A stretch of 63,959 nt of DNA, counting the filler, from Calcarisporiella thermophila CBS 279.70 (Eukaryota; Fungi; Calcarisporiellomycota), in assembly GCF_041956535.1 (NCBI RefSeq). It is 5 parts of 5 records of this genome, joined end to end, with 100 filler letters (N's around TTAATTAATTAA, not from the genome) between each part and the next. Parts side by side here need not be neighbours in the genome. Positions count along the whole stretch, not along the records: positions 27,952 to 49,970 come from NW_027192236.1; positions 50,071 to 62,229 come from NW_027192218.1; 3 more parts are not named here. One strand, 5' to 3'. Of this stretch, positions 39,299-51,919 are shown one piece after another. The translations under genes were made by a program, and so were the position numbers. The stretch's first letter is position 1. Each line of letters starts with the position of its first letter. Under the pieces are notes generated by a model, which had not been told where the DNA came from, made no database searches, and saw nothing but the letters and a program-made list of their open reading frames with translations.

Positions 39299-40314
39299 AT
39301 GCTATTCAGGTATCGCAATACTAAGTTAGTTTGCTCATGCCGACTCTATTCTGTTCCCGCAGTTGATACATGGCGCAAGTCAATTCTTTCACGGACATTA
39401 ACTGAAGTTGATACCGTTACCTCTTCCCCTGTTGATCTTTTCTCGCTTACCCTTGACCGCCCTTCTCCCACCAAGACACCCGAGAAGATCCTTCCACCCA
39501 ATTGGCATCTACTTTTTTTCCCTCCTCGCCTGAAAGAAAGTGAACTGGCTCCTGATGGATATGACACTATATACTCTCCTCCTCCACCCTACATTCAGCG
39601 TATGTGGGCAGGAGGCTCAGTGGAATTCAACACTCAGAATCCATTGAGAGTGGGGGATGAACTGACGCAAAAAACTCAGTGTACCGATGTTGAACTCAAG
39701 AAAGGAGGGGGAAATAAAGAAATGTGTTTCGTGTGGTTGGAAAAGGTATTAGAAAATAAACAAGGCTGGAGTGTGCGAGATCGGAGATGTTTCGTTTATC
39801 TGCCGCGTGCTGATGAGAACAAGAAAACAACGCGGCGAAATGTGATACGTATGTGACCAATTTTCAATGATATCGTTGATACTCTTTTTTGTCTTTGTCA
39901 TTCCTTTTCAGATCTGAATGCTAATGGATTACACTCAATTTTACTATGCTTATAGTGAAGAAAATACCAGATTTCGAGCGCACTTGGATTCCATCTCCAA
40001 TTTTACTCTTCCGGTATTCTGCACTCACATTCAATTCCCATCTTATTCACTACGACCATGATTATTCCACACATATTGAACATCATCCTGAACGTCTTGT
40101 CCACGGCCCTTTAACAGCAACATTACTACTCGAGCTCATTGGCGAGAATACAAAGAAAAAAGTGAAAAATTTCAAATATCGCGCGGTAAGTCCGTTTTAT
40201 GTTAACGAAAAGCTGCGCGTATGCGGAAAAGAGAGTGGGCAAGGGGAGTTTGAGGTATGGGCAGAGAATGCTGAGGGTGGAGTAGGTATGACAGGCTCAG
40301 TGGAGGTTGAGTGA
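39299..40314 (+). CDS. HTD2-like double hot-dog hydratase/dehydratase
   Basis: LAPDGYD, RMWAGG, LFRYSALTFNSHLIHYD, LVHGPL motifs; 2 exons. Confidence 0.85.
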
Positions 40315-40456
40315 TTACTTACCCTAAGATATAATATTAAAATTATTGAGATGATATCTGAATAGATATAAGATAATATTTTGTGTAAAAATAAAATACA
40401 TATAAATTATGAACCCTATATGATTACCGATAACATATGGCTATTGACTGTTCCAA

Positions 40457-42711
40457 TCAGCTTGTTTCTAAAGCATCTTCGATGCTTAATCTCTGTATTG
40501 GATCCAGTACCAATAAATTTTTAATTTTTTCTACTATGTGCTCGTTCTCAACAACCTCAAGACCAGGTGGGAACCATCTCTCTTTGCTCATATCACCAAT
40601 TGCTTCTTCTATACTCCGAAACAGCATTTTTCCGCTCCATAATTCGTATAGTAAACATCCAACCGACCAAGCATCCATAGCCGGTGTGGCTCTCATTTTC
40701 TTTTTCTTCTTCGAGAATAGAATCTCTGGGGCTGAATAGGGATTCGGTAGGATATATCCCTCCTCATTAAAGAAGAACGCTGTGCTGAAGTTGGACAAAC
40801 GCCAAGATGTTTCGTCATTGGGTTCAGAGAGGAAAGTACTGGGGCTCAGATTTAAATGAACAACTTGCTTCATGTGCAACCAGTATATAGCCTGTATTAC
40901 AGCTCTGCTTATAAGCCCGCGTAGTAGCTGATCCATTTCACCTACAGTATCTAAGAAGCTCCTAAGATTCTGCGAAGTACTTTCTGTCACAAATAAGAAG
41001 TGGCCATTTCCAAGAATATGTGCATCCCGAAATTCGACAATATGAGGAGAGCGAAGATAATTAAGGTAGGCAACCTCACGTTCGAATTCTTCTGCAGAAG
41101 ATATGAAGTTAAGATTTACTTCCAAACCTGTCACTTCATCAATCGCAACTTGAGTGACAGGTATATGATGAGGTTCGTCCATGACTCGATACCGTTTCAT
41201 AACTAGCATACCCTTGGCAATCTCAGGGGTAGCACCTGGATCTCCTCCCCTACTAACCAGAAGATATCTGCTAACTAACTCAGGCGTTGACTTAATTTGT
41301 CGCTCGCTCAAAAAAATACTGGAGTCCAACCCACTTACTTCCCTACTCAAGGTATTTCTGCCATAACTGCCTATGCTTCTAATATCTTCCTTATTCAATT
41401 CTTGTAGCCCTATTGCTGGAGGTGCTCTCTGCTCCATCAATTCTGATTCAATCACCCATTTTTTCAGCTGCACTTGCTCTGTTCTGCGTTTCTTTTGGTA
41501 TATCAACAGACCAACGATTACCAAAGCAATTACAGCAATCCCACCCAAAACGCCACCAACAATTGCTCCGATATTCGACGCTTGGGTGAATTGTTATGGA
41601 TGAGGCTCAGGTTCAGGCTGCGGCTGCGAACGCGACTGCGATTGCCATGGTCCTTTCACTATCATGAGTAAATACTTGTGACAATTTAGCGCTATAAAAT
41701 ACAAGATGATCCTTATTGAAGACAAGCGCAGCATTATCCCGTATGTCTTGCGATAGTGTGCCACAGTCGCTTGTTTCGGTCTTATCACTAAGAGATATTT
41801 CAACTTTCCACATAGTATTACCCCTTAGCGGTAGTATATACATCCATTTACCATCACTGGTAGTCAACGCTCCCCCTCTAATCTCTCCAACCTCCAGAGG
41901 TGGAGGTGATGAAGAATTAATTGGTGCTATCTGACCATTTTTGTTTAATGTGTATATGGTTCCATTCGCAACTACTGCCCCAACGATATCCACATCGCCA
42001 GGTATATCCATTATTTCCCATTGATTCAAATCCGTTGTATTCACGCTATATATGCGGCCTTTTCCTACAATAGTAATGTTTTGCTCTATCGCAACAATTG
42101 GTCCTTCGAATATGTCATTCGCAAATTGATATCGTAAAATGGGGGGACTCCAATTAGTTTTTTTGGGCTGGATTTCACTAGAGTTTGAGTTAAGGTCGAT
42201 ATCCCAAATGATGAAAGGATGTGTTACATTCGGTGAACTGTTTCGAGGGTTCGGCGCTTTAAAAGATTAATATTTTGCGAATTTGTGAAAGACTGAATAT
42301 TAGGATAAATCATAGACACCAATAAAGAAAAATTAATTACTTACAATCTTCCATTGGCGGCTTATCATTTGACTCCCCGGAAGTTGAATCCGGGATAGTA
42401 TTGTTCTGTTGATGCGATTTCCCAGGAGCTCCAGAATTGCTGTTTTTAGTCTCTCTTCCACTCGACTTTCGACTGAAAATCGATGCCCTACCACCCTCAA
42501 GCACTGTACAATGTTCAACCGTCTCTGTAAATAGGATTCGAAAAACATCCTTAATTTGGTCGCTCGTGTCTGACATTGCTTGTTTATGTATTCCATCTCC
42601 ATCAATCATATATACTTTTCCATTATATGCAATGAGACAGGGTGTTGATTCACATTCAATTGAGGCGAAAATTAGTAGGAAAATTATGTAAATAAGTATC
42701 AGAATTATCAT
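40457..42711 (-). pseudogene. Receptor-like pseudokinase (signal peptide, ectodomain, TM, kinase fold) with a frameshift and nonsense codon near 41590-41660
   Basis: N-terminal hydrophobic segment; AIVGGVLGGIAVIALVIVGLLIYQKKRR TM; kinase subdomains with HLN and NFS in place of HRD and DFG, YSAPE, DAWSVGC; in-frame TAA at 41594-41596. Confidence 0.65.
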
Positions 42712-43704
42712 TTTGACTATGTTTGGTATAAAAGATATATATAGTGGAAAAAGGAATGTATAGGTAATCCTTTAGGGCTCTATATAATGTCAATAAATAT
42801 AATATATACGTGATAAAATGGAGAGAGAGCTTTTCATCAAACAAATAAATATAATGAAGTATACCTCATTTCGAAATGCCTCACAACCTAATGCAATATA
42901 ATAAAAATAGAAATGGGGCTTGGTGTGGCGCTGCAGTTTTAAAGTATCAGGCTGATACTATCAGCACTACCTCCGAGGCTGATAATCAAATCTACGTAGT
43001 TAAAGATTATAAGTTTTAAAAAGGTCGAATGCCGAGTCAACTAGAACTCGATCCGATATAATACATTGAGTTATTTTATTGGTTTTATTTTGGAATTTTA
43101 ATCTTCTTGCATTTGATTTAGATAGGTAAAAAACAGATGTGACTGGATCCAACCCCTTTAGTTTATGATTAAATGATATAGAATATGAGCATCCTATTTC
43201 ATGGAGATATCACGGCTTTATCTTAAATATTTGATGCCTAAATAAAAATAGCCCAATTAATAATTAAATTTCAGGGTAATAGATGAATTCGTAGGTGTTG
43301 ACGTTATGCTTGATAATTTCCCACAGAATTGGGCGCTATTAAGCAGTTTCAGCCAAGAGTTTAAAAAGTAGGGTTTTGAAAAAGGTACAGGTGAAATTTG
43401 ATCAAAAAGCTGGCTCAAGTAGCTTTTATCTAGAAATTTTCACTCTTTTCAAAAAATATTATATAAGAGAAATAGGGGGGTAACTAATACTTATGCTTTT
43501 TATCCTTTACATTTACTACTATTATTTTTTTTCATCTGTATATTTCTGAGCGTGGAAATTTATTCATCTCAGTCAGGTATACGTCACATCACCTTTATCT
43601 TTTTCTTTTATTATGAATATGTCATAAGAGACCGGTTTCGAAATAATACTTATCTGTTTGTTATTTCTAGCTTCTTTCCAACACCATCTTTTCCCAACAA
43701 ACCC

Positions 43705-46180
43705 ATGTCGAACTCCTTCTTTGGGTTTGACACGACTTTACCCGAGTCTGCCTCAGATAATAATCACCTCGATCTGACTTCCGCCCTCTCTAACTTGACG
43801 TTAGAAGATGACCCGCGTAATGTCGAGACAAAATGGGGATATTCCGGCCAGGATGACCATGATTTCGATAAGCTGAATGACGAAACATTTGGCGACTTAG
43901 GCGATATCGGTATGTAAACTAATTTACCGTACAATTATTTTGTAATCATATCATGTAGTCTCACCTAATTTTTTATAGAGAAAGATTTTGATTTTGCCGG
44001 AAACACTAAACATGTTAGAAACTGTGCTGAGAATCGACATCATGACGAGATACGCGAATCTTCTTCAAAAGGTAATGCTGGTCATATCTGGTTTATTCAT
44101 ATATTTATTTAAACTTATATTCTTTCAAGAAACAGAAACAGCAATTTCTCCCACATCAACTTCTTCCAAAGAAGCCTCTATCGAAACCCCACGTTCGACA
44201 GACACTCCCCGTCTCAAAGGGGTTTGGAATGACAGGATGATTTTTGACTATCAAGCATTTATGTCAGAAAATGAGGTAACCTTGTCGCATTTCAATTTGA
44301 ATTTATACTATGATTTTATTAAAAACCTTATTGTAATTTACATTCTACATTACAGAGTAAATCACTGGATTCCCCACTATACAATATGCAAGCTTCCTCT
44401 CAGAGTCAAAACAAAGATCTGAGGGATCAAAAATCGCGTCATTCGCCTGCACCACGTCTGCCTACACCACAGCATATTATTGAAAATAGCCACAGTAAAG
44501 AACATCCTTCGTTTGTTGACCTTACACAGCAGCATTCTCCCAATCAGTCGAACCAGCAGCAACGAAATCTCCACCAACAAATTCGTCCGCCATACAGTTT
44601 GGAAAATGTGTGGGCAGAGCAAGAAAGATTGGCTGCTGAAGCAATTGAACGTGAACGAAGACGTCAAGAAAGAAGTCGGCATATGGCTGATTTGGTAGCC
44701 ATTTTTTTGTTACTTCCTTTTTACTAAGTTGCTTAATTGCCATCACACTGTATTTGTTGATAGGCAAAATATAACGGTATAATGTCAATGCAAGACAAAG
44801 AGCATATTCATCGTATTCATGTCTATCAGTTGCAGACCGACGATCCACTATCCGAGGATTATTATTTCCAAGCCTATAATCATCGCCTGCAGCAGGTAAG
44901 TGGCGCTGGCTGGACAGAGCAGGACGAGATTCGTCAACGAATTTCCGCAATGCTGAACGATGCACGACATACTCAACAACTTCCTCAAAGGCGCCATGTC
45001 CCTTCACAATTTCCAATGAAGCCGGCGTCTTTAGAGAACACACTCGGAGCACCTGCTTACCATTCCATCAAAAGTCCGCGCAAGATTCTTCAAGTTGCTT
45101 CTACAATTGGCCAAGAGCAATTTATGAGCGGTGAGGATGACGTAGAAAGACAGCAGCTGCATGCTCGTCCCACCACTAGTACTGCCACTACACCTATGCA
45201 TGACAACGATCGCCGCCAACTACTACGCTGGATTGAGGATATGTATGCTCATTTACTTTTGATTGAACAGCTTAGACGCCAGCAACCGATACCTATTCCT
45301 GGGCGTGAACATGAATCCCACATCGCCATATTGCATTGGCGTGCTGAGTATCTAGATACTCTCCAGAAGATCTGGGTCGATCTACGTGTCACAGATCCAA
45401 TTGGAAGTCATGACCACGATCATGCTTTTATTCGGCTGCTTTCCATCGGCAAAGGCAAGAAATTGGTTGGGCGGGTGTTACCTTTGTTGACACCTCAACA
45501 GTTGCTTACCGTACTGACAGTACTCGTTGCAAATTTCGAAATGATGGATGTATGTCGGCCGAATGCACCCGAAGCAGATTTGTTTGTGAATACGGTTCTT
45601 CCACCCCTGCTTCGCTTCGTCGCCGAGGCTCCGTTTCGTGTGGTGATAGGGCTGGTATATTTGTTCTTGGAACGAAACAACGTAAATCTAGTCATGCGAA
45701 GCAAAGTAATTATTTCAACAAATAAACTAGCCACTGTAACATGCGAAGCATACTAACGATGAATGGATTGAATAATATTAGGTTGGCTTAGCTTTCTTGA
45801 CCATGTTTTTAAGTCGTGCGGAAATTCTAAAGCAGGGTGGAGGCGTGGTCCAAGGAATGGCAATTCCCTCGGATCGTGAACGCTTGCAGTGGCAGGAAAT
45901 TTTCAATCATCTTTTTAGCACCATCCGTCATCACCTGCCCACCCTTTTCTCTCCAGCATACTCCTCCGGCTCGCAGGACGACCTCTTTGTTTGGCAGTTT
46001 CTGGCTGCTGTTGCTGTGGGTGCCTCTACCGAGCAACAGCAAGTGCTTGTTGTGGAGATACGTGAAAAACTTCTAGAGACGATAATGCATGCTAACCCAT
46101 CAGTGGATGCTAAGAAACTTGCAAATGTCAATCTGTTTTTGCATGCGCTAGGTGTGGATGCCTCGCAGTTGTATGCCTAA
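43705..46180 (+). CDS. PAT1: mRNA decapping activator Pat1
   Basis: MSNSFFGFDT, LNDETFG, DDPLSEDYYFQ, LLSIGKGKKL, FLSRAEILKQ, VWQFLAAVAVGA, NLFLHALG. Confidence 0.9.
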
Positions 46181-46835
46181 AATTCTGCGTTCTTTTATAT
46201 ACATACATATATAATTCTACCTATATAGTGTGTTTTTCTAATCTCTTTTTATTGCTTTCTCAGGGGCTTTTTATTTCTTGCATATCTTTCCCTTTATTTT
46301 GTGCATAAATATCAGATCTTCTTCGCCTTTTTTCTGTAGTATTCCCTTCTCGTCCCACCTTTTTTCTTTGTGTTGTTTATTTCATCAACCATTTTTCATT
46401 ATTTTTTTTTGGCTTGTAATGGTTCAAAATTTTTATGTATGTGGGGAGAGAACATATGAAGAGAAGGATTCCCATTTATACTTATTCTCTTCCCTTTCTC
46501 CTTACTCTTCTAAGCTATGGCATTATGCTTTTATTATTGCTTTATATCTCTTGCTACCCTATTACTTGTGCAACCAAAAATTATTAAATAAACAGATATG
46601 CTTCCATTCAACTAAACTATAAATTAGAGATGTTCTATACAATTAGTCTGACTATATGAATGCTTATTTGAAAATCACACGTTCACAAGCATCGGGGAAA
46701 CCCGAAATTTGCCATCGCATTTTGACGTGAGTTTTTGTAAAATCATATTCAATGAAATCTCGCTGTGGTGCATTAATCATTTGATATAGAGAACCTTAAC
46801 AGATAAAAATTAATATATTTAAAGTTAATGAGGGT

Positions 46836-48260
46836 TATATAACACTGGGCTCTTTTTCGCCAAGTATTTCAAATTGCCTCTCCAACTCGGTATATTGCGC
46901 TTCTATTTGTGCCAGGACCGAATCTTTCAGCTGTATCTCCTTGCGCAAGTATTGTTCATCGTCCAATTTCTCTTGAAGGCGGCCTTCTACATTGCTCTTA
47001 GCTGTCTCGAGAAATTGGATACGGTCTTGAAGGGCTGCAATGCTTTTATGAAGCTATTCAAAAATAAAACTATAATTGAGATATCTCTGAATACGGTGAA
47101 TTCCTTTTTAATTATTACTCTTTCATTTTCTCTTTTCAGTTCTAGAATGAGGTCACCGGGTCTATTAGCGAGGGTTTCTCGGTCAAGATGCACTAAAACT
47201 TCTTCTGAGCTCTTTCCTCGCGATGCTTTTATGGATTGATCCGAACCAGTCGAAATGAACGAGAAATTTGAGCACATATCTGTATTTTTGAGATTATTTC
47301 TAAATGCACTCGGATTTACCAGCTATGCGAAAGAAACAATTCACCCAATGTTATAGTTATTAATAATATAATTTCGCAGAAGTCCTCACCTGTTTGTGGA
47401 AAAATTCAAGCTGTCCTGCTAAAAATTCATATTCTGCACCCATCTGTTTCTCTTGTCTCCATTTTCTTGCATTCTTTGCAGCCTCGTCCAACTCCACCTG
47501 CAATAATCTATTCGCACGCTGTAATCGTTCCACTAGCATCCTTAATCTCTCTGTTTCCTGCGAATAATGTTTACTGAGAGATTGAAAACGTGAGACCGAT
47601 TCTGTAAGGTGCATTCTATGTGTTTGTTGAAGGCGCATATGCGCTATTGTCAAATATTCCATCTCTCGCTCTTGTGGAGTTTTTCGCTGTGAGGGAGAGG
47701 AGTATCTATGTGAGCGAGGAACGATCCAGTCAGCACCATCACCATCAGAACTTGAGTCCAATTGAGTATCCGAATCCTCTTGTGATATTGATCTACGAAA
47801 TGGAAATGGTTCAGTTGACTTTTCCTCGTTCATAGAATTACATGTCCCGATTCGGACAGATGTGTGTTCTATTTCTGATTTTGAGATGCTATGAACACTG
47901 TAACCACGTCGTCTCCACGAAAATATTCCAGAGATTGTACGCACTATTGCTCTATTCTTCTTTCTTATACCTTCGCTAATACTTGTGCCGCTTAATGACT
48001 TGATTGCCCGCATGTTATGCTCTTGCAGAGGAGGAGGAGTTGATAGCACGATTAGAGAGGAGGTGCCAGACGAGCATACAGAGAGTTTTGAGCAAGATGA
48101 ATAATAGCTTGTACTGTCATACTCAAAAATGGGAGCTATCGAAGTACTTGCGTCGGGAGTTGGAGCTATTGCTGATATAGGAATAGTCTTGAGAGAAAAG
48201 AAGTTTTTAAAGGAACGGCGATGGCTAAGGGAATCGTTTGGTTTCGCTGCGTTCTGCTAT
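46836..48260 (-). CDS. Hypothetical Ser-rich/coiled-coil protein; start uncertain
   Basis: ORF 47360-48049 with a heptad region plus downstream spliced exons. Confidence 0.55.
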
Positions 48261-49887
48261 AGAACACAAATCTTGTTTAGTTGTGCAACTAACAACCCTA
48301 TTGCTACGCCAAACCAAAAGTCTGGATAATAGGTATATTGGCCTTGATACCTACATCTTTAGTTAATACTTGTGTAGGCATTAACAATCAAAAAGCGGTG
48401 TTATCTACTTAATGTGAATATGAAATATCAGGGAAAATGGAAGAGAATATATCTAGAGATAGGTGTTTCTCGTCGTTTAAAGCATTTAAACTTTACAAAT
48501 AAATGAAAAAACTCCGCTCCCTATTGGTATCCAATTTTATGCTTTAAAACGAAATGTAAAGTTACGGTGATTTTAGGAGAAATTCTAATGATGACCAGCA
48601 ATGAGAGTAAAAAATAAAAACAAAAATAACTCGGGCTATTTCTTGTTGGGGTGGGAAGATATATTTCCTCAGTTGTATTCAAGCTTCCAAGTATTAGCAG
48701 TGCAAATACATAGAAGAAGAAAACAGGTGAAACCGTTTTGAAAAGATCTTCATTGTAAATTTCATATGTTCTAATAAGGTGAGAGGTTGATTATACTAAA
48801 AAAATAAAGCATGATCATTTGGTCTCAAAATAATTCACTAGTGTTGAACCAAACTCCAGCTCGACTATACACATGCAAAATTCACCAGAGTATTCTCAGT
48901 TAGGGCAGAATTATCAAGATATTTCTTTTTTTGTATAATATTCTAAAATCAGCAAGTAGTCTAATTTCACTAACCTCTACTAACATTCAGATTATCATAA
49001 TATAGACCAGCAATGCACTGCATATTAACCGCGATACAAGAGGTTGTCCAACAAGGCGGATACAAGCTGCTATAATTTCTCCTTGCTCTAGTGGTGTAGG
49101 AATGACTTTCGAGTCATCAATTTATTCAAGTGGTATACATCACAAACGGTATTCCAGTCAATATGACAAATATTGAAAATAAAAAAAGTATATGGAAAAA
49201 GGTGGACAAGAATTCTCCCTGCGATGGACACTAGAATAATCAGGCGTAAACGTCGCTAATATAACTATTGTTGTATTAAATGGTATAACATATTAGCATT
49301 AACCTACAAATCTGCTAACATACCCTTAGATTCTTATAAGTCTAATACCTGCTGTAATTGCTGCTATTACATATCCCTTGGGGTTTATTACATAATGGCT
49401 CGTCTTTATATCTATTACTATATATTGCTGACACTTAACAACCATTTCTTTGGCATGAAGGTCACACCTTTGAAAAGCAATATCAACGCTGACGGAATTG
49501 TAAATCTAAGACTCCCAATAAATAGCTGCTGTCCTTTAGCAAATACAACTCGGCCACCAACCATAAAAATAGATTACCCAAAACCGAATCAGAATAGATA
49601 AATTCCCTATACGAAATGGTACTAAAGGACGATATAGACTTTTCGACATATTTCTAAAGCTGTAAACCATTAAAGATATATACTAGTTGAGGAAATGAAA
49701 ATAAACTAGCAACAATCACGGATTCAACAATTTAAGCGTTATAAGCGTATTTGCCAAGTGAATCTCATTCTTCTAAGCACTGAGATATTATAGATTTTCG
49801 AGAAGTGGAAATCTACCGCCAAAGGTTTATATCATTTTAATTTGATTGATGGGCTATATTTTTTTTTTGAGTTAGAAAAAATATGAG

Positions 49888-49959
49888 CTCTCCGGCCGGG
49901 AATTGAACCCGGGTCGCCCGCGTGACAGGCGGGAATACTAACCACTATACTACCGAAGA
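49888..49959 (-). tRNA. tRNA-Asp(GTC)
   Basis: 72-nt cloverleaf, anticodon loop CTGTCAC, GGTTCAATTCC T-arm. Confidence 0.95.
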
Positions 49960-50070
49960 ATCTTATTGGTNNNNNNNNNNNNNNNNNNNNNNNNNNNNNN
50001 NNNNNNNNNNNNNNTTAATTAATTAANNNNNNNNNNNNNNNNNNNNNNNNNNNNNNNNNNNNNNNNNNNN

Positions 50071-50133
50071 TTTTTTTTCGTTTGTTTTCTTTACGTACAA
50101 ATATTCACGATAAACCCCAAAGCCCACGTAACA
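50071..50133. mobile_element. Right end of a family A LTR (remainder in the gap)
   Basis: Near-identical to 1400-1462, ends CGTAACA. Confidence 0.8.
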
Positions 50134-50137
50134 CTTT

Positions 50138-50733
50138 TGTCATAACTCGAGTCACATATCAAGCTATCCCAACGATTCAAGCTCCGACATTAATTAGGAA
50201 CTAGTTAGGGGGAGGGTTAGTGTAGTGGACTATCCCTGGTATGCCGATGAGAACGGCGTGGGTTCAAATCCCACTTCCCCCACCAGCACTTACTCTTAGT
50301 TTGTGGCTGCTATCCACTTGATCAGAAGCTGAGTCTTGGTTATTGAAAAGACCGCCCTTACGATAAGTACAAAAGATTACATCGGTTTCACGTACATGCT
50401 ATACACGACAACTGCGATACACGCATATCGATTGAAAGTCTATCGATCAAGGACCTATATCTCGTTAAGTCCATTGACATTAACTTCATGTAATATATGG
50501 AAATTAAATAAAAAGTTTCCATTGATTGATCAAAAAAAAAAAATTAGGAACTAGTTATAAACCAGTATTCATTAGCTTAATTAGTTAACAGGTTATATAG
50601 TTATTATATCTTATAGTATAAAAGGAACACTCTAATGAGAACTTCCAACATACACACCTGGTTCTTGAATAAACCTATAGTTTTACCTATGTTCCCCGAG
50701 TATCCCCTAGATATATCGCTCTAGTTTATGACA
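50138..50733. mobile_element. Solo LTR, family B, TSD CTTT, containing a SINE
   Basis: TGTCATAA...TTATGACA termini; CTTT at 50134-50137 and 50734-50737. Confidence 0.85.
50208..50541 (+). mobile_element. tRNA-derived SINE family 1, full length, 16-bp TSD
   Basis: A box TAGTGTAGTGG, B box GGTTCAAATCCC, poly(A) tail; TSD aattaggaactagtta at 50192-50207 and 50542-50557; further copies at 52934 and 60219. Confidence 0.9.
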
Positions 50734-50736
50734 CTT

Positions 50737-51153
50737 TGTTACGACGAGAATAGGGTAACGTGGAGCATAAGGTTGTGACGGCGTTTTTGGGATTCGATAT
50801 CTTTCAAAGAAGATGCATATTTCAGTTTTACTGGGTATTACCATTTATTTTAGTTTTATTGAGGATTTTCTTGGTTTTATTGAATACTAGCAACAGTTAT
50901 AGTCTTATTGAATATTGAGCTATTCTTTGATTATTTGTTATGAGTCATAGTTTTATCTAACATTATTATAAAAAGGGTGATAACTTTTATGTAATAAAGC
51001 AAGGATTCAAAGTTCTATTTTCTTGATATCAAGTTCTCGGCATCTCCTATCTTAAGTGCGGGTCTGCATACGGATAAGCAGACGACTTGAGATAGCGCTC
51101 AGATAGTTGAGATAATCCCCTCATACCACACATCTCCTGTTTCCAACATAACA
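50737..51153. mobile_element. Solo LTR, family C
   Basis: TGTTA...TAACA termini, wedged between LTRs B and D. Confidence 0.6.
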
Positions 51154-51156
51154 TCT

Positions 51157-51597
51157 TGTTGCGTCGAATATATGTCTAATAAGGTCTATCCCGACAATCC
51201 TCTAGCTATCCCTAAGCTCTTGATTGTCCTTCCTTAAACACTTCAGAAGGCTAATAAACGACACAAGATGGTGGTTTGAAACGTATCCGGTTCTATCTCA
51301 ATACAAAATAGCACGTCTTTTATTGTAAATGAAATATCGGTCTTTTTATACTGTTGTTAACGTATCACATAGGGAAAAATATAAATAATAAAAGTAATAA
51401 AATGGCATCATCTCAATATAATAAAGTTATCATAAAATAAGGTTGGCGTAATAAACAACTGTATAATATTAAATATTCTCACAAAAGGACTCAGTTAAAG
51501 AAATAAAGATAATAAAAGCGATCAAGTCACAAAAGCTAAGCCTCCATTTTCTACTACTGCGCCATTGATCCATTTAGTTCCAAATTTCCTCACAACA
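51157..51597. mobile_element. Solo LTR, family D
   Basis: TGTTG...CAACA termini; homologous to 590-1002. Confidence 0.8.
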
Positions 51598-51663
51598 TTC
51601 TAATATGGTGGAAATTGGACCTTTGTAGTAGAAAATTAAAAGCAGCCACGAAAAAGTCGGATT

Positions 51664-51919
51664 GTATTGTCGCCACCCGGGCCAAACTAGATATTGAGGA
51701 AGTGATAGGAGCCGAACTAATCCGAGCACGAAAAAACCGGCAAATCGAACAGTTTCGAAGAAGGTGGTGCAAGTTGGGTGCGGTCAGAAAAGGAGCGATC
51801 GGAGCGGCACTGATATTGGGATAACGCAATAACCCCTACCTTATCCCCTTCCTATCCTCTGCTTCCATTGCTTACTCCCCACTCCATTTTTCTTGTTATC
51901 CTTTGATATCCACAGTTCA
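51664..51919 (+). mobile_element. 5'-truncated LINE 3' fragment (family 1-related)
   Basis: RAKLDIEEVIGAELIRARKNRQIEQFRRRWC is homologous to the ORF2 C-terminus at 59513-60004. Confidence 0.8.

Noticed and set aside
50208-50285. SINE heads (also near 53200, 60220 and 61400) as real tRNA genes
   Set aside because: No canonical anticodon arm; followed by a conserved body, poly(A) and TSDs
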